Source of the DNA: a virus
Lineage: Duplodnaviria; Heunggongvirae; Uroviricota; Caudoviricetes
IMG/VR virus record: IMGVR_UViG_2654588006_000001
Length of the DNA: 33,854 nucleotides
Strand: one strand, 5' to 3'
Made by a program: the position numbers and the translations under genes. Positions within the stretch are counted from its first letter, which is position 1. Every line of letters starts with the position of its first letter. Below the pieces are notes generated by a model. It was not told the DNA's origin. It worked only from the letters and a program-made list of their open reading frames with translations, and searched no databases. Shown here piece after piece: positions 27,339-33,854 of the stretch.

Positions 27339-27394
27339 TTTTCATCCGGTCAGCCAGGCTGACCGGTTAACCCTGATTCAGAAGTGAGAAAACC

Positions 27395-27670
27395 ATGAAC
27401 AAAGAAAATGTGATTACCCTGGACAATCCGGTCAAGCGTGGTGAGCAGGTTATCGAACAGGTCACGCTGATGAAACCCAGTGCCGGGACGCTGCGCGGTG
27501 TCAGTCTGGCAGCGGTCGCGAACTCCGAAGTCGATGCACTGATTAAGGTGCTGCCGCGCATGACGGCACCGATGCTGACCGAGCAGGAGGTCGCCGCACT
27601 GGAACTGCCTGACCTTGTGGCGCTGGCCGGTAAGGTGGTCGGTTTTTTGTCGCCGAACTCGGTGCAGTGA
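27395..27670 (+). CDS. E: Tail assembly chaperone gpE, 91 aa
   Basis: Synteny before tape measure; length. Confidence 0.88.
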   Translation: MNKENVITLDNPVKRGEQVIEQVTLMKPSAGTLRGVSLAAVANSEVDALIKVLPRMTAPMLTEQEVAALELPDLVALAGKVVGFLSPNSVQ

Positions 27671-27822
27671 CGTTTCCGAAAAATCTCTCGGTCGATGACC
27701 TGATGGCGGATGTGGCAGTGATATTTCACTGGCCGCCATCAGAACTGTATCCCATGAGCCTGACCGAACTCATCACATGGCGCGAAAAGGCGCTCCGGCG
27801 AAGCGGAAACACGAATGAGTAA
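27395..27822 (+). CDS. E': gpE+E' (-1 programmed frameshift product, ~142 aa)
   Basis: Slippery run ggTTTTTTG at 27641..27649; the -1 frame stays open to TAA at 27820..27822, overlapping the T start; total length matches the 142 aa recalled for P2 E+E'. Confidence 0.75.
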
Positions 27823-30262
27823 CAATGTAAAATTACAGGTATTGCTCAGGGCTGTTGACCAGGCATCCCGCCCGTTTAAATCCATCCGCACAGCGAGCAA
27901 GTCGCTGTCGGGGGATATCCGGGAAACACAAAAATCACTGCGCGAGCTGAACGGTCACGCATCCCGTATTGAGGGATTCCGCAAGACCAGCGCACAGCTC
28001 GCCGTGACTGGTCATGCACTTGAAAAGGCACGGCAGGAGGCCGAAGCCCTTGCCACACAGTTTAAAAACACCGAGCGTCCGACCCGTGCTCAGGCGAAAG
28101 TGCTGGAATCCGCAAAGCGTGCGGCGGAGGACTTACAGGCGAAATATAACCGCCTGACGGATTCCGTTAAACGCCAGCAGCGGGAACTGGCCGCTGTGGG
28201 AATTAATACCCGCAATCTTGCACATGATGAGCAGGGACTGAAAAACCGTATCAGTGAAACCACCGCACAGCTTAACCGTCAGCGCGACGCGCTGGCGCGT
28301 GTCAGTGCGCAACAGGCAAAACTTAATGCAGTAAAACAGCGTTATCAGGCCGGAAAGGAACTGGCCGGAAATATGGCCTCAGTAGGCGCTGCCGGTGTGG
28401 GGATTGCGGCGGCGGGAACGATGGCCGGAGTTAAGTTGCTGATGCCCGGATATGAGTTTGCGCAGAAAAACTCAGAATTGCAGGCTGTGCTCGGTGTGGC
28501 AAAAGACTCCGCCGAAATGGCTGCACTACGCAAGCAGGCGCGCCAGCTCGGTGACAACACCGCCGCCTCAGCGGATGATGCGGCCGGTGCGCAGATTATC
28601 ATTGCGAAAGCGGGTGGGGATGTTGATGCCATTCAGGCGGCAACGCCGGTCACGCTGAATATGGCGCTGGCGAACCGTCGCACGATGGAAGAAAACGCCG
28701 CCCTGCTGATGGGGATGAAATCTGCCTTTCAGCTTTCAAACGATAAGGTCGCTCATATCGGGGATGTTCTCTCCATGACGATGAACAAAACCGCCGCTGA
28801 TTTTGACGGCATGAGCGATGCGCTGACCTATGCCGCACCAGTGGCAAAAAATGCCGGTGTCAGCATTGAAGAAACTGCCGCAATGGTCGGGGCGCTGCAT
28901 GATGCAAAAATCACAGGCTCAATGGCGGGGACGGGAAGCCGTGCCGTGTTAAGTCGCCTGCAGGCACCGACTGGAAAAGCATGGGATGCACTCAAAGAGC
29001 TTGGCGTGAAAACCTCAGACAGTAAGGGAAACACCCGACCAGTATTTACCATTCTGAAAGAAATGCAGGCCAGCTTTGAGAAAAACCGGCTCGGTACTGC
29101 CCAGCAGGCCGAATACATGAAAACCATTTTCGGGGAGGAGGCCAGCTCAGCCGCCGCTGTGCTGATGACTGCCGCGTCAACCGGAAAGCTGGACAAACTG
29201 ACCGCTGCGTTTAAAGCCTCAGACGGGAAGACCGCAGAGCTGGTAAATATCATGCAGGACAACCTCGGCGGTGACTTTAAGGAGTTTCAGTCCGCTTATG
29301 AGGCGGTGGGGACAGACCTGTTTGACCAGCAGGAAGGCGCACTGCGTAAGCTCACGCAGACGGCCACAAAGTATGTGTTAAAACTCGACGGCTGGATCCA
29401 GAAAAACAAATCACTGGCGTCAACCATCGGCCTCATTGTCGGTGGTGCACTGGCGCTGACTGCTGTCATCGGTGCCATTGGCCTCGTAGCCTGGCCGGTT
29501 ATCACTGGCATCAATGCCATCATCGCGGCAGCAGGCGCAATGGGGGCAATCTTCACGACGGTTGGCAGTGCTGTTATGACGGCCATCGGGGCGATTAGCT
29601 GGCCGGTTGTGGCCGTGGTGGCCGCCATTGTCGCCGGGGCGTTACTTATCCATAAATACTGGGAGCCTGTCAGCGCATTCTTTGGCGGTGTGGTGGAAGG
29701 GCTGAAAGCGGCATTTGCGCCGGTGGGAGAACTGTTCACGCCACTGAAGCCGGTGTTTGACTGGCTGGGCGAAAAGTTACAGGCCGCGTGGCAGTGGTTT
29801 AAAAACCTGATTGCCCCGGTCAAAGCCACACAGGACACCCTGAACCGTTGCCGTGACACGGGCGTCATGTTCGGGCAGGCACTGGCTGACGCGCTGATGC
29901 TGCCGCTTAATGCGTTCAACAAACTGCGCAGCGGTATTGACTGGGTACTGGAAAAACTCGGTGTTATCAACAAAGAGTCAGACACACTTGACCAGACCGC
30001 AGCCAGAACTCATGCCGCCACGTATGGCACCGGTGGTTATATTCCGGCGACCAGCTCTTATGCAGGCTATCAGGCTTATCAGCCGGTTACGGCACCGGCT
30101 GGCCGCTCTTATGTGGACCAGAGTAAAAACGAATATCACATCAACCTGACGGGCGGTACTGCGCCGGGAACACAGCTTGACCGCCAGTTACAGGATGCGC
30201 TCGAAAAATACGAGCGGGATAAACGTGCGCGCGCCCGTGCCAGCATGATGCATGACGGTTAA
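27815..30262 (+). CDS. T: Tail tape measure protein gpT, 815 aa
   Basis: Long Ala/Gly-rich protein with hydrophobic central segment; synteny and length. Confidence 0.92.
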   Translation: MSNNVKLQVLLRAVDQASRPFKSIRTASKSLSGDIRETQKSLRELNGHASRIEGFRKTSAQLAVTGHALEKARQEAEALATQFKNTERPTRAQAKVLESAKRAAEDLQAKYNRLTDSVKRQQRELAAVGINTRNLAHDEQGLKNRISETTAQLNRQRDALARVSAQQAKLNAVKQRYQAGKELAGNMASVGAAGVGIAAAGTMAGVKLLMPGYEFAQKNSELQAVLGVAKDSAEMAALRKQARQLGDNTAASADDAAGAQIIIAKAGGDVDAIQAATPVTLNMALANRRTMEENAALLMGMKSAFQLSNDKVAHIGDVLSMTMNKTAADFDGMSDALTYAAPVAKNAGVSIEETAAMVGALHDAKITGSMAGTGSRAVLSRLQAPTGKAWDALKELGVKTSDSKGNTRPVFTILKEMQASFEKNRLGTAQQAEYMKTIFGEEASSAAAVLMTAASTGKLDKLTAAFKASDGKTAELVNIMQDNLGGDFKEFQSAYEAVGTDLFDQQEGALRKLTQTATKYVLKLDGWIQKNKSLASTIGLIVGGALALTAVIGAIGLVAWPVITGINAIIAAAGAMGAIFTTVGSAVMTAIGAISWPVVAVVAAIVAGALLIHKYWEPVSAFFGGVVEGLKAAFAPVGELFTPLKPVFDWLGEKLQAAWQWFKNLIAPVKATQDTLNRCRDTGVMFGQALADALMLPLNAFNKLRSGIDWVLEKLGVINKESDTLDQTAARTHAATYGTGGYIPATSSYAGYQAYQPVTAPAGRSYVDQSKNEYHINLTGGTAPGTQLDRQLQDALEKYERDKRARARASMMHDG

Positions 30263-30276
30263 GGAGGTGACGAAAA

Positions 30277-30756
30277 ATGATGCTCGCGTTAGGTATGTTT
30301 GTTTTTATGCGCCAGACGCTGCCACACCAGACCATGCAGCGTGAATCAGATTATCGCTGGCCGTCAAATTCCCGTATCGGTAAACGGGATGCCTTTCAGT
30401 TTCTCGGTGTGGGTGAGGAAAACATGACGCTTGCCGGTGTGCTTTATCCCGAACTGACCGGCGGCAAGCTGACGATGACCACGCTCAGACTGATGGCAGA
30501 GGAAGGCCGGGCGTGGCCGTTGCTGGATGGCACCGGCATGATTTACGGCATGTATGTCATCAGCAGGGTGAGTGAAACAGGGAGTATTTTCTTTGCAGAC
30601 GGCACACCCCGGAAAATTGATTTTACGCTGTCGCTCACCCGCGTTGATGAATCACTGGCCGCGCTTTATGGCGATATCGGTAAACAGGCGGAATCGCTCA
30701 TCGGTAAGGCTGGCAGTATGGCGACCAGATTCACGGGTATGACGGGGGCGGGATAA
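30277..30756 (+). CDS. U: Tail protein gpU, 159 aa
   Basis: Synteny and length. Confidence 0.88.
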   Translation: MMLALGMFVFMRQTLPHQTMQRESDYRWPSNSRIGKRDAFQFLGVGEENMTLAGVLYPELTGGKLTMTTLRLMAEEGRAWPLLDGTGMIYGMYVISRVSETGSIFFADGTPRKIDFTLSLTRVDESLAALYGDIGKQAESLIGKAGSMATRFTGMTGAG

Positions 30757-31919
30757 TGCTGGATGCGCTGACATTTGATGCAGGCAGTACGCTGACGCCG
30801 GATTACATGCTGATGCTCGACAGCAGGGATATTACCGGCAATATCAGTGACCGTCTGATGAGCATGACCCTGACGGATAACCGGGGCTTTGAGGCTGACC
30901 AGCTTGATATTGAACTGAACGATGCCGACGGGCAGGTCGGGCTGCCGGTTCGTGGCGCTGTCCTGACGGTGTATATCGGCTGGAAAGGTTTTGCCCTGGT
31001 ATGCAAAGGGAAATTTACCGTTGATGAGGTTGAACACCGGGGCGCACCGGATGTGGTCACCATCCGCGCCCGGAGTGCAGATTTCCGCGGGACGCTCAAT
31101 TCCCGCCGGGAAGGCTCCTGGCATGACACCACGCTCGGTGCGATTGTTGAGGCGATAGCCTCCCGTAACAGGCTGGAAGCCAGTGTCGCTCCGTCACTGG
31201 CCGGAATTAAAATCCCGCACATCGACCAGTCGCAGGAGTCTGATGCGAAATTCCTGACCCGTCTTGCAGAACGCAACGGCGGTGAGGTGTCGGTAAAAAT
31301 GGGAAAACTGTTGTTTCTCAAAGCGGGGCAGGGGGTGACGGCCAGCGGTAAAAAAATCCCGCAGGTCACCATCACCCGCAGCGACGGCGACCGCCATCAT
31401 TTTGCGATTGCTGACCGTGGAGCCTATACCGGCGTAACGGCAAAGTGGTTACACACCAAAGACCCGAAACCACAAAAGCAGAAGGTAAAACTGAAACGCA
31501 AAAAGAAAGAAAAACACCTGCGCGCACTGGAGCACCCGAAAGCGAAACCGGTCACGCAGAAGAAAGCGCCAAAAGTACCGGAAGCGCGCGAAGGTGAATA
31601 CATGGCCGGTGAGGCTGACAACGTTTTTGCCCTGACTACGGTATATGCCACGAAAGCGCAGGCCATGCGCGCCGCTCAGGCGAAGTGGGATAAACTGCAA
31701 CGGGGTGTGGCGGAGTTCTCCATCAGCCTGGCTACCGGTCGGGCAGATATTTACACGGAAACACCGGTTAAAGTGTCAGGCTTTAAGCGCGTCATAGACG
31801 AGCAGGACTGGACAATCACTAAGGTGACACATTTTCTGAATAATAGCGGCTTCACGACGTCCCTGGAGCTTGAGGTCAGGCTTTCTGATGTGGAGTACGA
31901 AACAGAAGATGATGAGTGA
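30756..31919 (+). CDS. D: Tail protein gpD, 387 aa
   Basis: Synteny and length. Confidence 0.88.
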   Translation: MLDALTFDAGSTLTPDYMLMLDSRDITGNISDRLMSMTLTDNRGFEADQLDIELNDADGQVGLPVRGAVLTVYIGWKGFALVCKGKFTVDEVEHRGAPDVVTIRARSADFRGTLNSRREGSWHDTTLGAIVEAIASRNRLEASVAPSLAGIKIPHIDQSQESDAKFLTRLAERNGGEVSVKMGKLLFLKAGQGVTASGKKIPQVTITRSDGDRHHFAIADRGAYTGVTAKWLHTKDPKPQKQKVKLKRKKKEKHLRALEHPKAKPVTQKKAPKVPEAREGEYMAGEADNVFALTTVYATKAQAMRAAQAKWDKLQRGVAEFSISLATGRADIYTETPVKVSGFKRVIDEQDWTITKVTHFLNNSGFTTSLELEVRLSDVEYETEDDE

Positions 31920-32000
31920 TGTTTTTGTTTTATCTGTTTGTTTTATAAGGATAAATTAACTAAAATGGCACCATCAACAAAACCGGAAGAGGTGCTCGCG

Positions 32001-32219
32001 ATGTTTCATTGTCCTTTATGCCAGCATGCCGCACATGCGCGTACAAGTCGCTATATCACTGACACGACAAAAGAGCGTTATCACCAGTGTCAGAACGTGA
32101 ATTGCAGCGCCACGTTCATCACTTATGAGTCGGTACAGCGATACATCGTGAAGCCGGGAGAAGTCCACGCCGTAAGGCCGCACCCGTTGCCGTCAGGGCA
32201 GCAAATTATGTGGATGTAA
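32001..32219 (+). CDS. ogr: Late-gene transcription activator Ogr (C4 zinc finger), 72 aa
   Basis: MFHCPLCQHAAHARTSRYI…CQNVNC… with four Cys; last gene before the att repeat; start taken at internal ATG. Confidence 0.9.
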   Translation: MFHCPLCQHAAHARTSRYITDTTKERYHQCQNVNCSATFITYESVQRYIVKPGEVHAVRPHPLPSGQQIMWM

Positions 32220-32230
32220 TTAGAAACAGG

Positions 32231-32257
32231 AAGCCCCTCAGTCGAGGGGCTTTTTTT
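32231..32257 (+). terminator. Rho-independent terminator after ogr
   Basis: Stem aagcccctc / gaggggctt, loop agtc, followed by seven T. Confidence 0.85.
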
Positions 32258-32321
32258 GTCGATGTGGTCAATGTGTGGACGTGACCAGAAATAAATCCTT
32301 TTATTTCAATTTGTTGTACGT

Positions 32322-32348
32322 AAAAAATAAGCCCGTGTAAGGGAGATT
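32322..32348. repeat. attR core: 27-bp direct repeat
   Basis: Identical to 478..504; overlaps the 3' end of cyaR. Confidence 0.9.
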
Positions 32349-32408
32349 ACACAGGCTAAGGAGGTGGTTCCTGGTACAGCTAGCATTTTATGGGTTATGT
32401 TTTTCAGC
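32322..32408 (-). ncRNA. cyaR: sRNA CyaR (RyeE), 3' end formed by the att core
   Basis: Reverse complement reads gctgaaaaacataacccataaaatgctagctgtaccaggaaccacctccttagcctgtgtaatctcccttacacgggcttatttttt, matching CyaR as I recall it; between yegQ and the prophage ogr end as in K-12. Confidence 0.85.
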
Positions 32409-32492
32409 GAAACGGATGATAACCTTAATAAATGCAGCTGTATGTGATCGGTTTCTAAGAATTTTCCATCCGGGAAAAATAATCGAAATTAA

Positions 32493-33854
32493 TCACTTAC
32501 CGTGGGGATTACGCGTGGTTTCCCCGGAGAAATTACGCATCAGCAGCGCGTAATTGAGCTCAAGATCCTGCGGGACCGGGAGCCACACAGTATAACCATC
32601 GCCTGGTGCTATCGGCATAGCTTCGCCTTTGGCGTTTTCCATGTGCTCAAGGGTAAAATTAATGTTGCCTTGCGGCGTCATCAGCTCAAGGCTGTCGCCA
32701 ACGGAGAATTTATTTTTCACCGCTACCGCCGCGAGGTCCCCCTTGCGCTCACCGGTAAACTCACCAACAAACTGCTGGCGGTCAGAAACTGAATAACCGT
32801 ATTCGTAGTTCTGATAATCGTCGTGAGTATGACGACGCAGGAAACCTTCGGTATAGCCACGATGCGCCAGACCTTCCAGAGTTTCCAGCAGGCTGGTATC
32901 GAACGGTTTTCCCGCAGCGGCGTCATCGATAGCTTTGCGGTAAACCTGTGCGGTGCGTGCACAATAGTAGAAAGATTTGGTACGACCTTCGATTTTCAGC
33001 GAATGCACGCCCATTTTGGTCAGGCGTTCTACATGGGCGATGGCGCGCAGATCTTTCGAGTTCATGATGTAAGTGCCGTGCTCATCTTCAAACGCGGTCA
33101 TATACTCGCCCGGACGCTGGGCCTCTTCGATCATAAACACTTTGTCGGTTGGTGCGCCGATACCCAGCGTCGGCTCAACATTTTGCACCGGAATCGGCTC
33201 GTACTTGTGTACGATGTTGCCAACATCATCTTCTTTCCCTTCCTGGACGTTGTACTCCCAGCGGCAGGCGTTGGTGCAGGTGCCCTGGTTCGGGTCGCGC
33301 TTGTTGATATAGCCAGAGAGCAGGCAGCGACCGGAGTAGGCCATGCACAGCGCGCCGTGAACGAAGATCTCGATCTCCATATCCGGCACCTGATTGCGGA
33401 TCTCTTCAATCTCTTCCAGCGACAGCTCGCGAGAGAGGATCACGCGGGTCAGGCCCATTTGCTGCCAGAATTTCACCGTCGCCCAGTTCACGGCGTTAGC
33501 CTGCACCGAAAGGTGGATCGGCATTTCAGGGAAGTGCTCACGCACCAGCATAATCAGCCCTGGATCGGACATAATCAGCGCATCCGGCCCCATTTCCACC
33601 ACCGGTTTCAGGTCACGGATAAAGGTTTTCAGCTTGGCGTTGTGCGGTGCAATGTTGACCACGACATAAAACTTTTTCCCCAGCGCGTGGGCTTCATTGA
33701 TGCCGAGCTGAAGATTTTCGTGGTTGAATTCGTTGTTGCGCACACGCAGGGAATAACGCGGCTGGCCCGCATAAACAGCATCTGCGCCATAAGCGAAAGC
33801 GTAACGCATATTTTTCAGCGTTCCCGCCGGGGAAAGGAGTTCCGGTTTAAACAT
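32493..33854 (-). CDS. yegQ: Peptidase U32 family protein YegQ/TrhP, 453 aa (host flank)
   Basis: N-terminus MFKPELLSPAG…, 453 aa, adjacent to cyaR as in E. coli K-12; start codon is at the window end. Confidence 0.8.
   Translation of the reverse strand: MFKPELLSPAGTLKNMRYAFAYGADAVYAGQPRYSLRVRNNEFNHENLQLGINEAHALGKKFYVVVNIAPHNAKLKTFIRDLKPVVEMGPDALIMSDPGLIMLVREHFPEMPIHLSVQANAVNWATVKFWQQMGLTRVILSRELSLEEIEEIRNQVPDMEIEIFVHGALCMAYSGRCLLSGYINKRDPNQGTCTNACRWEYNVQEGKEDDVGNIVHKYEPIPVQNVEPTLGIGAPTDKVFMIEEAQRPGEYMTAFEDEHGTYIMNSKDLRAIAHVERLTKMGVHSLKIEGRTKSFYYCARTAQVYRKAIDDAAAGKPFDTSLLETLEGLAHRGYTEGFLRRHTHDDYQNYEYGYSVSDRQQFVGEFTGERKGDLAAVAVKNKFSVGDSLELMTPQGNINFTLEHMENAKGEAMPIAPGDGYTVWLPVPQDLELNYALLMRNFSGETTRNPHGK

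Larger units (their letters stand above)
478..32348. mobile_element. Intact P2-like prophage (int to ogr) with internal cos
   Basis: Bounded by the 27-bp direct repeats; complete P2 gene order; cos sequence present at 8150..8168. Confidence 0.92.

Noticed and set aside
28345-29985. Minus-strand ORFs of 95-229 aa inside T
   Set aside because: Ala/Gly-rich tape-measure coding sequence produces open antisense frames; no RBS or synteny support.
32409-32492. CRP binding site for the cyaR promoter
   Set aside because: Only a partial half-site (tgtga) is visible; match to the TGTGA-N6-TCACA consensus is too weak to annotate.

Overview
The window is an essentially complete, intact P2-like (Peduovirus-type) prophage of about 31.9 kb (478..32348), integrated into the 3' end of the sRNA gene cyaR and bounded by a perfect 27-bp direct repeat (478..504 and 32322..32348). 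Host flanks are a small lipoprotein gene on the left (1..318, yegR-like) and cyaR plus the peptidase-U32 gene yegQ/trhP on the right. The gene order is the canonical P2 prophage order: int, C, cox, B, orf80-83, A, cos, Q, P, O, N, M, L, X, Y, K, lysA/B/C, R, S, V, W, J, I, H, G, FI, FII, E/E', T, U, D, ogr. Most protein lengths match those I recall for P2, and the 19-nt P2 cos sequence is present, so the element looks packaging-competent. No database search was possible; all assignments rest on motifs, lengths, synteny and recalled P2 biology. Three visibly AT-rich cargo genes sit in the variable slots of the backbone and are the main candidates for novel biology: (1) a cytoplasmic trypsin/HtrA-like serine peptidase with an unknown N-terminal domain at the G/FI (Z/fun) slot, which I rank highest; (2) a single ABC-ATPase plus Toprim-like (OLD-family-like) protein at the A/cos (tin/old) slot; (3) an antisense three-TM membrane protein at the S/V (orf30) slot. 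Secondary observations include an arm-like remnant of an older P2-like element left of attL, tandem 132-bp repeats in tail fibre H, and the E/E' frameshift.
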